Positions 40,831 to 51,770 are shown, counted from the stretch's first letter. The stretch: DNA of 64,000 nt from an uncultured delta proteobacterium (GCA_963760795.1 CAVXEP010000004.1:1-64000); one strand, 5' to 3'. Program-made: numbers and translations. Notes: generated by a model from the letters alone, not told the origin.

Positions 40831-41808
40831 TCACTGCCCGAGTGCTTTGCGAGCCTCATCGAGATAACCGGTCGCCATGATGTCCTCAACCTTGGGTAAC
40901 GGCTTTTTCAATACGCCGTCCTCGGCCATCAGGTTCAAAATAGTCTGCACGCCTTTGACGCTGACTTCGCCGTTACGCGGCCAAATCTGCGTCTTGGTAT
41001 AGACTTCCCACGAGGCTGGAATGTATTTGCGCTCCAATTTCGTGATCGGCCCAAGCAGCTTAATCGCTTCGTCGCGGTTGTCGTGCAGCCATTGATAGGT
41101 GGACAAGAGCGCTTTCAAGTAGCGCAGCACCAAGCTGCGGTTCTTTTGCGCCCAGCCTTCGCGCACACCGATCGCCGACAGCTGATACTCGGGCAACACT
41201 TTGTAGGCATCGATGAGATTGCTCAAGCCCTGCTCGATGGCGATCAAGCTCAACGGCTGCGCCAACAACGCGGCATCGATCTGACCCGCCTGCAGCGCTT
41301 GATAGAGGCCGGCGGAGCCGTTGCCAATGGAGATCAAACTGTAGTCGCGCGGATAAATCACGCCGCGCTCCTTGAGCAACTGCTTCATCATCATAGTGCC
41401 GGCCGAGGTAAAGCCGGACATGCCGAGGCGCGCGCCGCCTTTCAAGTCTTCCGTGCGCTTGTGCTTGGCCAGAGCGATCAACGAATACGTCGTGCCGTTG
41501 AACGAACCGGCGATCATCTTGATTTCGCTGAAGCCTTGTTGACGCATGGTGAGCAGCAGATTGGGCGGCACATTGCCGAATTGGATTGAGTCCGACACCA
41601 GCGCTTGAACGATGTTTTCATTGCGGCTGATGACGATGATCTCGGGATAGAGCCCCTCGCGCTTGAAGAAGCCCTTCTCCTTGGCGACATACACCGGGGC
41701 GTAACCGAAAACGGTGCTAATGATGCCGATGCGGATGGTGTCATCCGCGCGCCCCACACCGGCGTGCAACAGCAACGACAACATCAGCAGCCATGAGATC
41801 TGCTTCAT
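40831..41808 (-). CDS. NMT1/THI5-like SBP
   Basis: Signal peptide, PVYVAKEKGFF, GQIDAALL. Confidence 0.85.
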   Translation of the reverse strand: MKQISWLLMLSLLLHAGVGRADDTIRIGIISTVFGYAPVYVAKEKGFFKREGLYPEIIVISRNENIVQALVSDSIQFGNVPPNLLLTMRQQGFSEIKMIAGSFNGTTYSLIALAKHKRTEDLKGGARLGMSGFTSAGTMMMKQLLKERGVIYPRDYSLISIGNGSAGLYQALQAGQIDAALLAQPLSLIAIEQGLSNLIDAYKVLPEYQLSAIGVREGWAQKNRSLVLRYLKALLSTYQWLHDNRDEAIKLLGPITKLERKYIPASWEVYTKTQIWPRNGEVSVKGVQTILNLMAEDGVLKKPLPKVEDIMATGYLDEARKALGQ

Positions 41809-41842
41809 GAAACCCCCAAAGTCTGGAGAAGAGTTAGATCCG

Positions 41843-43021
41843 CTATTTGATCGCTTCGGCTTTTTGCAGTTCGGCAATGCGCGCTTTGCTCAACCCGAGT
41901 ATCTCGCCAAACACCTGATCGTTATTGACGCCGATCCACGGCGCCGGCCGCGCCGCATCGGCTTGCGACAGCGATGGAATGCCGGGCAAGCCATGATGGG
42001 TAATTTTGCCCCAGGGTTGCGCCTCGGTTTCGACGATGTGTCCGCGCGCGCGCAGGTGAATGTCATGAAACAGATCTTCGCCGGAGGATGGAATCCCGGC
42101 CGCCACACCGGCTTCTTGCAGCAAACGAAAAGCTTGTTTTGCCGTATACTTGCGTGTCCACTCGGAAAGTTTTCGATCAAGCTCGACACGATGCTCCTTG
42201 CGGCCTGCTTTGCTGGCGAACTTGGCGTCGGCGGCCCAAGCAGATTTGCCGATTAAACTCGCCATGCTTTGCCATTCCTGCATCGCTGGCGCAAGCGATG
42301 ATGATCCAGTTGTCCTCGCCCGCGCATGGATAAACACCGTAAGGCGCGTAGGGTGCGCCGAGGATTTCTTCATAGCCCATGGCGTCCCACTCGTTGCCGT
42401 TGACCGTGTAGTCGAGAATCGCCGGCCCCATCATGGCGCCCTGGGCTTCGAGCATGCCGGCTTCGATGAACTGTCCTTTGCCGGTGCGCGCTTGGTATTC
42501 GAGCGCGGCGAGCACGCCGAGCGCCATGGTCACCGAGCCGACACGATCGGGCCAGGCGATCTTGCAGCGCGTCTCCATCGGCGAGTCGGGATAGCCCCAC
42601 AAGCCGCATGATGCCGGTGTAGGCCAAGCAGCTGCCAACCCCAAGCGACCCAGGTCTTGAGCGGCCCGGTCAAACCCCAACCCGGCATGACGGCTTGGAC
42701 GATGCCGGGATTGATCTGCTGCAAGACTTCGTAGGAAAACCCCAAACGCTCGACGACGCCGGAGCTAAAGTTATCGACGACGACATTTGATTTCGCGACC
42801 AGCTGTTTAAATAGTTCTTTGCCCTCGGCGTTACGCAGATTGAGCGTGGCGCCGAGCTTCGCCCGGTTCATGCAGGCGTGCACCGCCGCTTCGCGCTCCT
42901 TGCTCGGAATCGTGCCGGTCTCGATCTTGAGCACTTCCATGCCGTAGTACGCCAGCAACTCGGTACCCAAAGGCCCGGCATATTGCTGCGTCAGATCAGC
43001 CATACGCAAGCCCTTGAGCAT
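41843..43021 (-). CDS. Class III CoA-transferase (CaiB/BaiF), frameshifts near 42610 and 42280
   Basis: LKGLRMADLT, NRAK..LNLR, VVVDNFS.GV, WPD, RTGKGQ, APYGVYPC across three frames. Confidence 0.8.
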
Positions 43022-43034
43022 CGGCTCGCGGGCG

Positions 43035-44240
43035 TTATCTTTGCTCTATTTTCCCGCTGTTGGCAGGCAATTTCTCAAGTTCAAGTAAAATCTCGTTGCG
43101 ATGCTGATCGAGCGTCGGCGCCGGCCGGCGCACGCGCATCGGTGTCAGCGACAGACGCATGGGCGCGCCCGGTGCTTTATATTTGCCGATCACCGGATGA
43201 TCGAGCTCCTGGATCCAATGGCGCTCAACGTTTTGTTGACAATTGACAAATTGGCCGATGGTATTGAGCGGCGCGCCGGCGAGATGATGCGCCTGGGCCT
43301 GGTTGGCGAACTCTTCGGCGCCAAACTGGCCGATGAATTCGGCGAACGCCTGCGCCACTTGGTCGGAATGCTCGTCGCGATAGCGCGGGTTCTCCCACTC
43401 CGGCCCGGCCAGCGCTTTGCTGGTCATCCAATTCTGCGCGAACTCCTTCCACATATGCGGCATGTTGGTGGTGAAGTGGACGTAGCCGCCGTCTTTGCAG
43501 CGATAGATGTTGGTGCCGGCGCCGCCGTAAGCCTTGCCGCCGGGACGCCGCTCCAAGCGGTTCTCGCGCGAATAGCGCGCCACGCTGCCGCTGTTGCAAA
43601 AGGTCAGCGCCTCTTGCAGCGACATGTCGATGCGCTGCCCCGCTCCGGTAACGCGAGCATGGCGCACGGCGGCCAACCCGAGCAGCGCCGCCATCGTCCC
43701 CGCCACCTGATAGGCGAGATGGCTCGGTGCCGTGCATTGGCCTTTGGTGTTGTCGCCCTGGCCGTAGAGAAAGCCGCCGGTCGCGTTGGCGATGGCATCG
43801 CTGCCTTTGTAATGACGATAGGGCCCGGTGCGGCCAAACGGCGTGATCGAGACGATCGCCAACTGCGGCCAGCGCGCGTGCAACGAATCGTCGGTAAAGC
43901 CGAACTTTTCCAGGTATCCAAGCGGGGTGGCTTCGACTAAAAGATTCGCCGACGCCAGCAGCTTGGCGCATACTTCGCGATCCGCCTCGCGTTCGAGATC
44001 GAGCATGATGCTGCGCTTGTTGGCGTTGGCGTTGATGAACGTCAAGCTGCGCTCAGGATCTTCGATATTGCCGGCGAACGGCGGCAGCAGCCGATTCGGA
44101 TCGCCGCCGGTTGGCTCGATCTTAATCACGTCAGCGCCAAGATCGGCCAACTGCCGCGTCGCGTAGGATGCCGGAATATCGCCCAGCTCGATCACCCGCA
44201 GATGGCCGAGCGCGGTTTCGTCGTGATTCGTGTCTGCCAA
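43035..44240 (-). CDS. Class III CoA-transferase subunit
   Basis: LADLGADVIKIEP.GGD, NANKRSI.LDL, ITPFGRTGPY, TGAGQRID.S. Confidence 0.9.
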   Translation of the reverse strand: MADTNHDETALGHLRVIELGDIPASYATRQLADLGADVIKIEPTGGDPNRLLPPFAGNIEDPERSLTFINANANKRSIMLDLEREADREVCAKLLASANLLVEATPLGYLEKFGFTDDSLHARWPQLAIVSITPFGRTGPYRHYKGSDAIANATGGFLYGQGDNTKGQCTAPSHLAYQVAGTMAALLGLAAVRHARVTGAGQRIDMSLQEALTFCNSGSVARYSRENRLERRPGGKAYGGAGTNIYRCKDGGYVHFTTNMPHMWKEFAQNWMTSKALAGPEWENPRYRDEHSDQVAQAFAEFIGQFGAEEFANQAQAHHLAGAPLNTIGQFVNCQQNVERHWIQELDHPVIGKYKAPGAPMRLSLTPMRVRRPAPTLDQHRNEILLELEKLPANSGKIEQR

Positions 44241-44276
44241 AATTTTACCTCGCTGGTAGAAATGGGAAATACTTTC

Positions 44277-44358
44277 TCACCACGAAGGACACGAAGAGCA
44301 CGAAGTTCGGATTGCCAATCCTCCGAAACCTTCGTGTCCTTCGTGCCTTCGTGGTGAA
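44277..44358. repeat. CACGAAG nonamer inverted element
   Basis: tcaccacgaaggacacgaagagcacgaag ... cttcgtgtccttcgtgccttcgtggtgaa. Confidence 0.85.
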
Positions 44359-44371
44359 AGATCCGATTGGT

Positions 44372-45382
44372 TTACTTATTCAAATCCACCACAACTCTAC
44401 CGCGCACGCCGCCTTTGAGAATCTTTTCGATCTCGCCCTCCAGCCCTTCGAGGGAAACTTCTTTGACAATGCTCGACAGATCGACGCTCCATTCACCGGC
44501 AAGTTTGCTCCAGGCCATCTGGCGCGCGCGCATCGGGATCTCGACGGAATCGACGCCGAGCAGGCTGACACCGCGGAGAATAAATGGAAACACGTTGACG
44601 TTGAGATCGGCGGACATGGCATTGCCGCAGGCCGCCACCAGGCCGCCGTACTTCGCCGTCTTGAGCGCGGTGGCGAGAATGTTGCCGCCGACCGTGTCGA
44701 CGACACCGGCCCAACGGCCTTTTTGCAGCGGCCGACCGGACGTATCGTTGGCTTCTTCGCGCGAGATGATCGTCTTGGCGCCCAACTGGGTGAGAAACTC
44801 CTTCTCCTCCGCTTTCCCGGTTGCCGCGACGACGTTGAAGCCGAGCTTGGCGAGAATCGCCACGGCGAGACAACCGACACCGCCGGTGGCGCCGGTGACC
44901 AATACTTCCCCCGACTCTTTGGTCAACCCGCTGGCCATCAGTCGAATCAGACACAGTGCCGCCGTCAGACCCGCCGTGCCGTAACCCATGCTGTCGCGCA
45001 GCGACAGCGATTGCGGCACTTTGACCGCCCACAGCGCCGGCACGCTGATGTACTGGCCGAAGCCTCCCGAAGTATTCATGCCGAAATCGAATCCCGTCAC
45101 CGTCACCTGATCGCCGGCGGAGAACATTTGCGTCGTCGAAGTAGCGACCACACCCGCCGCGTCGATGCCCGGCGTATGCGGATACTTGCGCGTCACGCCT
45201 TTGTTGCCGCTCGCCGACAGCGCGTCTTTGTAGTTGAGCGACGAGTACTTCACTTCGATAATCAACTCGCCGGCCGGCAGATCGCCGAGCGCCTTTTGTC
45301 GAATCTCACGGACAAAGGTTTTCTCAGCCGTTTCGGAAACCACCATCGCTTTAAATGTTTGCGGTAAAGCCATCGATTGCAT
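44372..45382 (-). CDS. acuI: YhdH/AcuI-family NADPH oxidoreductase (putative acrylyl-CoA reductase)
   Basis: YSSLNYKDAL, PGIDAAG, GTAGLTA, VTGATGGVG, PFILRGVSLLGVDSV. Confidence 0.75.
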   Translation of the reverse strand: MQSMALPQTFKAMVVSETAEKTFVREIRQKALGDLPAGELIIEVKYSSLNYKDALSASGNKGVTRKYPHTPGIDAAGVVATSTTQMFSAGDQVTVTGFDFGMNTSGGFGQYISVPALWAVKVPQSLSLRDSMGYGTAGLTAALCLIRLMASGLTKESGEVLVTGATGGVGCLAVAILAKLGFNVVAATGKAEEKEFLTQLGAKTIISREEANDTSGRPLQKGRWAGVVDTVGGNILATALKTAKYGGLVAACGNAMSADLNVNVFPFILRGVSLLGVDSVEIPMRARQMAWSKLAGEWSVDLSSIVKEVSLEGLEGEIEKILKGGVRGRVVVDLNK

Positions 45383-45481
45383 TCGCTCCTTGGAAAATTG
45401 ATTACACCAGCGGTATCCAATCAACCGGCGAACTGTCAAGGGCTGGAAGCTCAATAGCCGCGCGCAGCCACTCCGAAACGG

Positions 45482-45560
45482 CTTGAGCGTTTTGAACTGT
45501 TGGCACGGCTTGAACCATTTCGTTCCATACGTTCCAAACGTTCAAGTGGTTCAAATCGTT
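45482..45560. repeat. TTGAAC/GTTCAA-GTTCCA inverted repeat element
   Basis: ttgagcgttttgaact..ttgaacc ... gttccatacgttccaaacgttcaagtggttcaaatcgtt. Confidence 0.7.
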
Positions 45561-45621
45561 GGATGACGCCGCTTGATTTGGTTATCGAATTCGTAGCATT
45601 GTCGGACTGGAGGATTGAACA

Positions 45622-46740
45622 ATGGCAGAGAAAAAAACTGGCGGTCTCGAAGGCGTCGTTGCCGGCAGCACCGCGATCTCGACAGTCGGCAAACAAGGTG
45701 TCGGTCTAACCTACCGCGGTTATTCCATCGAAGACTTGGCCGCCCATTCGACATTCGAAGATGTCGCTTACTTATTGATCTATGGCCAGCTGCCCACGGC
45801 GGACGAACTGGACGAATATAAAGCGCGCCTGCGCAATCTGCGCGGCCTGCCGGCGACGCTGAAAACCGTTTTGGAACAAATCCCCGCCAGCGCCCATCCG
45901 ATGGATGTCCTGCGCACCGGCTGTTCGATGCTGGGAACTCTGGAGCCGGAGAACGCCGGCCGCACCCAGGTCGCGGTGGCCAACCGGTTGACCGCCTGCT
46001 TCAGCGGCATGCTGCTCTACTGGCACCACTACGTCACCAGCGGCACGCGCATTCACACCGAAACCGACGACGCCGATACCGCCGGCCATTTTCTCAACCT
46101 GCTGCACGGCAAAAAGCCCAGCGATCTGCACCGCCGCGCCATCGATGCGTCGCTGATTCTCTACGCCGAGCATGAGTACAACGCGTCTACGTTTACCGCG
46201 CGGACCATCACCGCCACGCTGCCCGACTTCTATTCCGCCGTCGTCGGCGGCATCGGCGCCCTACGCGGCCCGCTGCATGGCGGCGCCAACGAAGCGGCCA
46301 TGGAGCTAATCGAGGAGTTCTCGTCGCCTGACAACGCCGAAAAGGGCATGATGCAAATGCTCGCGGCGAAGAAGTTGATCATGGGCTTCGGTCATCGCGT
46401 CTATAAGCACGCCGATCCGCGCTCGGACGTGATAAAGAACTGGTCAAAAAAGCTTGCCGAGGCCAACGGCGACATGACGCTCTACACCGTCTCCGAGCGC
46501 ATCGAACAGGTCATGCGGCGCGAAAAGAAGATGTTTCCCAATCTGGATTTCTACAGCGCCAGCGCCTATCGCTTTTGCGGCATCCCGACGGCGATGTTCA
46601 CGCCGCTTTTCGTGGTCTCGCGCATCACCGGCTGGGCGGCGCATATCATCGAGCAGCGCGCCGACAATCGCTTGATCCGCCCCAACGCCGATTACAACGG
46701 CCCCGCGCAGCGGCCCTTCGTGCCGGTCGAGAAAAGATAA
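45622..46740 (+). CDS. prpC: 2-methylcitrate synthase
   Basis: LTYRGY, HPMDVLRT, LYAEHEYNASTF, GPLHGGANE, MGFGH, PNLDFY, RLIRP; next to prpD and prpB. Confidence 0.9.
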   Translation: MAEKKTGGLEGVVAGSTAISTVGKQGVGLTYRGYSIEDLAAHSTFEDVAYLLIYGQLPTADELDEYKARLRNLRGLPATLKTVLEQIPASAHPMDVLRTGCSMLGTLEPENAGRTQVAVANRLTACFSGMLLYWHHYVTSGTRIHTETDDADTAGHFLNLLHGKKPSDLHRRAIDASLILYAEHEYNASTFTARTITATLPDFYSAVVGGIGALRGPLHGGANEAAMELIEEFSSPDNAEKGMMQMLAAKKLIMGFGHRVYKHADPRSDVIKNWSKKLAEANGDMTLYTVSERIEQVMRREKKMFPNLDFYSASAYRFCGIPTAMFTPLFVVSRITGWAAHIIEQRADNRLIRPNADYNGPAQRPFVPVEKR

Positions 46741-46745
46741 CCGCC

Positions 46746-46820
46746 GTTCAAGGTTCAAAGGTTCAAAAGTTCAAGGCCCCAGCCCCAACGTTGAACCCTT
46801 GAACGGTTGAACTTTTGAAC
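46746..46820. repeat. GTTCAA inverted repeat element
   Basis: gttcaaggttcaaaggttcaaaagttcaa ... ttgaacccttgaacggttgaacttttgaac. Confidence 0.8.
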
Positions 46821-46836
46821 GAAATTGAGTGAAACC

Positions 46837-48280
46837 ATGAGCGAAGCTGTTTCAAACATCCGTCCTGAACCGGACAAGATATTAACTGACCTTGCCGATT
46901 ACGCGACGAGTTACGTCGCCACCAGCCGCGAAGCCATCGACACGGCGCGTTATGATTTAATCGATACCTTGGGCTGCGGCTTGCTGGCGCTGCGCTTTCC
47001 CGAATGCGCCAAGCATCTCGGTCCGGTGGTTCCCGGCGCGACGTTGACCAACGGCGCCCGGGTGCCGGGCACCGATTGGCAGTTGGATCCCGTGCACGCG
47101 GCGTTTAACATCGGCGCGATGATCCGCTGGCTCGACTACAACGATACCTGGCTCGCCGCCGAGTGGGGCCATCCGTCGGACAACTTGGGCGGCATCCTCG
47201 CCCTCGCCGACTACCTCACCCGCGCCAAGCAAAAATCTTTCACCGTCGCCGACGTCTTGCAGGCGATGATCAAGGCCCATGAAATTCAAGGCATCCTGGC
47301 GTTGGAGAATAGCTACAACCGCGTCGGTCTCGATCACGTCCTGCTGGTCCGCGTCGCCACCAGCGCCATCGCCACGGCGATGCTCGGCGGCACGCACGGG
47401 ACAAATCGTCAGCGCGCTATCCAACGCCTGGACCGACGGCGGCGCCCTGCGCGTCTACCGCCATGCGCCCAACACCGGGCCAAGAAAATCCTGGGCCGCC
47501 GGCGACGCCACCAGCCGCGGCGTGCGCTTGGCGCTGATGGCGCGGCAAGGCGAGATGGGCTATCCGTCGGTGCTCACGGCCAAGAGCTGGGGCTACTATG
47601 ATGTCCTATTCAAAGGCAAGCCGTTCACCATGGGCCGGCCGCTGGGCTCCTACGTGATGGAAAATGTTTTGTTCAAAATTTCTTTCCCCGCCGAGTTTCA
47701 CGCCCAGACCGCCGTCGAGTGCGCCGTGCAGCTGCATGAGCAAGTGAAGCAGCGCCTCGACCAGATCGACAAAGTCATCATCACCACCCAAGAGTCGGCG
47801 ATCCGTATCATCGACAAGTCCGGACCATTGCACAATCCCGCCGACCGCGATCATTGCATCCAATACATGACCGCCATCGGCTTGATCTTCGGTGCACTCA
47901 CCGCCGATCACTACGAAGACAAGATCGCCCGCGATCCGCGCATCGATTCGTTACGCGAAAAGATGACCTGCGTCGAAGATCCGCGCTATACGAAGGAATA
48001 TCTCGACGCCGACAAGCGCTCCATCGCCAACGCCGTGCAAGTTTTCTTCAAAGACGGCAGCAGCACCGACAAAGTCGCCGTCGAATACCCCATCGGCCAC
48101 CGCCGCCGCCGCGCCGAAGGCATGCCGCTGTTGGTGAAAAAGTTCGAGGCTAATCTCGGCTCACGTTTCGCGCCAGAGCAGTGCCAAGCGATTATGAAAT
48201 TGTGCAACGATCCGAAATCACTCGATGCCACACCGGTAGACAAATTCACAGATATGTTCGCGACCGGATCAGCGAAATAA
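46837..48280 (+). CDS. prpD: 2-methylcitrate dehydratase, one frameshift near 47400
   Basis: [20 protein letters not shown], then [17 protein letters not shown] and [14 protein letters not shown] in the shifted frame. Confidence 0.9.
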
Positions 48281-48295
48281 ATGCCGACTTAATTA

Positions 48296-48376
48296 CCCTC
48301 GCCCTTTGGGAGAGGGAAGGGTGAGGGCAAATCCGATTCGGTCGCCCTCACCTCAATCCTCTCCCAGTGGGAGAGG
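48296..48376. repeat. CCCTCTCCC..GGGAGAGG / GGGTGAGGG palindromic doublet
   Basis: ccctcgccctttgggagagggaagggtgagggc ... gccctcacctcaatcctctcccagtgggagagg. Confidence 0.8.
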
Positions 48377-48405
48377 AGGTAAGATTCTGAAACCGGAGGA
48401 GACCC

Positions 48406-49287
48406 ATGAATCCAAGACAAACCCTCAAACAACTGCTAAAGCGCAACAAACTCCTCGTCGCTCCCGGCTGTTTCGACGGCCTATCCGCCCGGCTCGTCCA
48501 GGAAGCCGGCTTCGAAGCCGCCTACTTGAGCGGCGGCGCCGTCGCCCGCAGCATGGGGATTCCCGATATCGGCCTGGTGACGATGTCGGAATCGATCGAC
48601 CGCGCCGTGCAAGTCGTCGCCGCAATCAACATTCCGATCATCGCCGATGCCGACACCGGTTACGGCAATGCGGTCAATCTGGTGCGCAGCGTGCGCGAGT
48701 TCGAACGCGCCGGCGTCGCGGCGATCCATATCGAAGACCAGATCACGCCCAAACGCTGCGGCCACCTGGACGGCAAAGAAGTTATTTCGCTGTCCGAGAT
48801 GGCGAAAAAGCTCGAAGCGGCTCTGGCGACGCGCACCGATCCCGACTTCTGCATCATCGCCCGCACCGACGCCCGCGGCGTCAACGGCTTCGACGACGCG
48901 GTCAAACGCGCCAATGCGTTTGCCAAGTTGGGCGTCGACGCGATCTTTTTCGAAGCGCCACAGTCCGAAGATGAACTCGCCGAAATCCCCCAGCGGGTGC
49001 CAAACATCCCGCTCTTGGTCAACGTCTTCAAAGGCGGCAAGACGCCGATGCTGCCGATGGAACGGCTGGAACAAATGGGCTACCGCATCGCCATCTATCC
49101 GTCAGAAACCCAACGCGCCGCCATCCACGCCATGCGCACGGCGCTGAGCACGCTCAAACGCGAAGGCACGACGGAATCCATCGACGCAGCGCTGACGACA
49201 TTCAAAGACCGCGACAAAGTCGTCGGCCTGGACGATTGGAATAAGATCGAGCGGGACTATATGGCTGTGGAAACCGGCAAAGATTAA
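48406..49287 (+). CDS. prpB: 2-methylisocitrate lyase (ICL/PEP mutase family)
   Basis: DADTGYG, IEDQ..PKRCGH, IARTDA; operon context. Confidence 0.8.
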   Translation: MNPRQTLKQLLKRNKLLVAPGCFDGLSARLVQEAGFEAAYLSGGAVARSMGIPDIGLVTMSESIDRAVQVVAAINIPIIADADTGYGNAVNLVRSVREFERAGVAAIHIEDQITPKRCGHLDGKEVISLSEMAKKLEAALATRTDPDFCIIARTDARGVNGFDDAVKRANAFAKLGVDAIFFEAPQSEDELAEIPQRVPNIPLLVNVFKGGKTPMLPMERLEQMGYRIAIYPSETQRAAIHAMRTALSTLKREGTTESIDAALTTFKDRDKVVGLDDWNKIERDYMAVETGKD

Positions 49288-49290
49288 ACG

Positions 49291-49580
49291 ACCCTCGGCT
49301 CGAAGCCGAGGGAGTTTGTTGCGTTGACTCGAAGTCGACTTTCGCTTTTTCGTCTTTCCGCGAAAGCATGTCCTGAGCGATGCCGAAGGGCGGGAATCCA
49401 GGTGACCGACCGCGTCCGTCATCCGTTGAAAAACGGTATCCAGATTCTCGGGATGGGGATGGACCCCGGTTTTCACCGGGTGACGATAGCGCCGGCATGA
49501 CGGAACTCCCGTCGCCTTAAGCACGTCCTGAGCTTAGCCTGTGCTGAGCTTAACCGAAGGATCGAAGCAGCGAGGGATTT
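49291..49580. repeat. Dense cluster of nested palindromic repeats
   Basis: ccctcggctcgaagccgaggg; gtctttccgcgaaagc[..cctgagcgatgccgaagg]gcgggaatccag; gtcatccgttgaaaaacggtatccag; ggaccccggttttcaccgggtgac; cctgagcttagcctgtgctgagcttaaccgaagg. Confidence 0.7.
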
Positions 49581-49659
49581 CAACCATCCCCGAGCGGGAG
49601 ATTAACAATCGTCACAGCCGAGCGACTTGCCGATACTCCCTCAAACTGTCGCCTGTTGC

Positions 49660-50623
49660 CTATTTGATTACTTTATCCGCCTTCATCAACGTCCACTGCG
49701 GAATCGTCAGGCCAATTTGCTTCGCGGTCTTGAGATTGATCACAAAGTCAAATTTCGTCGGTTGCTCGACCGGCAGGTCGGCGGGTTTGGTACCTTTGAG
49801 TATTTTATCGACGAATGTCGCGGCGCGGCGAAAAATCGCAAGGTCGTTGGCGGAGTAGGACATCAGTCCGCCATTCTCGACCCAGTGCTGCCTTCGAACA
49901 TCGACGGCAGGCGGTGCTTGATGGCAAGATCGGCGATCCGCTTGAGTTACGAAAGAGCGGACTGTTGGTAATCGTGATGACGGCGCGCGCGTTGCCTTTG
50001 CGCGCGGCTTGGAATGCCCCTTCCAGGTCCGGGTCGCCCGGCCTCGCGCACTAATCGAGATCGACCCATATTCTTGAAACCAGCCACCGACACCGCCTCT
50101 TCCGCGTCCGCAGGATGCCGACGCGCGCTAACCGCGGCACCACCTCGGCAAGCAACTCCAGACGCTTTCCACTCAGCTCTCGCTGAAGCGTAGTGAGCCC
50201 GGTAACATTTCCACCGGGGTGCGCCAAGCTGTCGACCAACCCGGTCGCAACTGGGTCCACTTGAGTCACCATGACAATCGGGATCGTTTTGGTCGCCTGC
50301 TTAGCGGCGCGGATCGCTGACGAAGTGGCAGGACCAGGACATCGACCTTGAGTTGGATGAGCTCGGCAACCAGGCTTGGCACCGGCTCCGCCTTTCCGGC
50401 AGCGCCACGAAATTCGATGGCAAAGTTTTTACCCTCGATGTATCCCAGATCGCGCAGCCCTTGGCGCAACGCCGCGACGTATGGCCCTTGATTCGAAGCA
50501 TCGCCGGTTCCTGACAAGTAGCCGATGCGTGGGATCTTTGCTCTGATGGCTGAGCCTGGGCAAAAGTAGATGGTTCCCAGAACGACAGTCGTCACGCAGC
50601 CACAAACCGATTCTTCCCTTCAA
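49660..50623 (-). pseudogene. ABC_sub_bind SBP, array B distal copy, multiple frameshifts and a stop
   Basis: Fragments KIPRIGYL..GLRDLGYIEGKN / DPVATGLVDSLAHPGGNVTG / PADLPVEQPTKF. Confidence 0.75.
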
Positions 50624-50669
50624 CCTTTGCCTCCGTTCATTTTGCCGTTTGCCCTTTTTACTTTTGCCT

Positions 50670-51734
50670 TTACCGAATTACCTTTTTCGCCCGCGCCAGC
50701 ACATTCGGTGGGATCGTCACGCCGAGCTGTTTGGCGGTGACGAGATTAAACGCCAGCTCAACGTCATCGACGGTGTCGATTCTCAGCTCGGCCGGCGGCG
50801 TGCCACTGAGCACGCGCTGGACGTACTTCGCCGAGCGCCGGCCGATCTCGAAATAGCTCTGGCCGTAGCTCGCCAGCGCACCGCGCGCCACCACCACCTG
50901 ATCGTGAAACATCGTCGGCAGTCGCTTCGCCCGCGCCACTTCGACGATGCGCGGCGCTTGGCTCACCACCATGGGATCGGGCATATACAAGTAGGCGTCG
51001 AACTCGCCGGCCTTGAGCGCGTCGAGGGCGCCGTTTATTTCGTCGATCGATTTCACCTGGCGTTCGGCCAGCTTGATGTTCATGCGTTGCGCTTCCGCGC
51101 GCCCCAACTTGAACCCTTCGACGGCGATCGTGTTGCTGGGATCGTAAAAGGCCACGACCTGGCGCAGCTTGGGCAGAAACTCTTTGAGAATCTCCAAACG
51201 TTTGCCGGTGAGATCGCGCGCCAAATACTGAATGCCGGTGAGCCGCCCCCCCGGTTGGCCAAAGGATTTGGCGAAACCACTGGCGACCGGATCGCTGCCC
51301 ACCGCAAAGACGATGGGAATATTCTTGGTCGCTTTGAACGCGTCACCGGTAATCGGTGTCGTGTTGGTAAATATCAGCTTGACCTTTTCGCGCTCCAAGG
51401 TCTCGGCGACGCCTTGCGCCGACTTCAAATCGCCCTTGAGATCATGGACATCGAGGATGAACTGTTTGCCATCTTGCAGGCCCAACTCTTTCAACCCAGC
51501 GCGCAGGCCATCCACCAGCGTCGCAAAGACTTCGCCCAAGTGGATGACCCCGATGCGCTCAGGCTTCGCCGGCTGAGCCTCGACCAACGCCCCACCGAAA
51601 GCTAATGTCAAAGCGAGAGTGACAATCCCCACCCATTTTGCTCCGCGGGGAAGCCTTTGGTCTGCGGGGCCGCTTTTAGATTTCCGATTAGCTGAGGAAT
51701 AAGTCAAAAAAGGATTCAGCGATATTTCGTACAT
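50670..51734 (-). CDS. ABC_sub_bind SBP, array B (divergent member)
   Basis: GLKELG, IPIVFAVGSDPV.SG, TIPPNVLARA.KVIR. Confidence 0.85.
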   Translation of the reverse strand: MYEISLNPFLTYSSANRKSKSGPADQRLPRGAKWVGIVTLALTLAFGGALVEAQPAKPERIGVIHLGEVFATLVDGLRAGLKELGLQDGKQFILDVHDLKGDLKSAQGVAETLEREKVKLIFTNTTPITGDAFKATKNIPIVFAVGSDPVASGFAKSFGQPGGRLTGIQYLARDLTGKRLEILKEFLPKLRQVVAFYDPSNTIAVEGFKLGRAEAQRMNIKLAERQVKSIDEINGALDALKAGEFDAYLYMPDPMVVSQAPRIVEVARAKRLPTMFHDQVVVARGALASYGQSYFEIGRRSAKYVQRVLSGTPPAELRIDTVDDVELAFNLVTAKQLGVTIPPNVLARAKKVIR

Positions 51735-51770
51735 GAGTTTTTCCTCAATCCCCAATCCAAAATCTAAAAT

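Noticed and set aside
47390-47410. Programmed frameshift in prpD or other genes
   Set aside because: No slippery heptamer or consistent signal; frameshifts are widespread and look like errors
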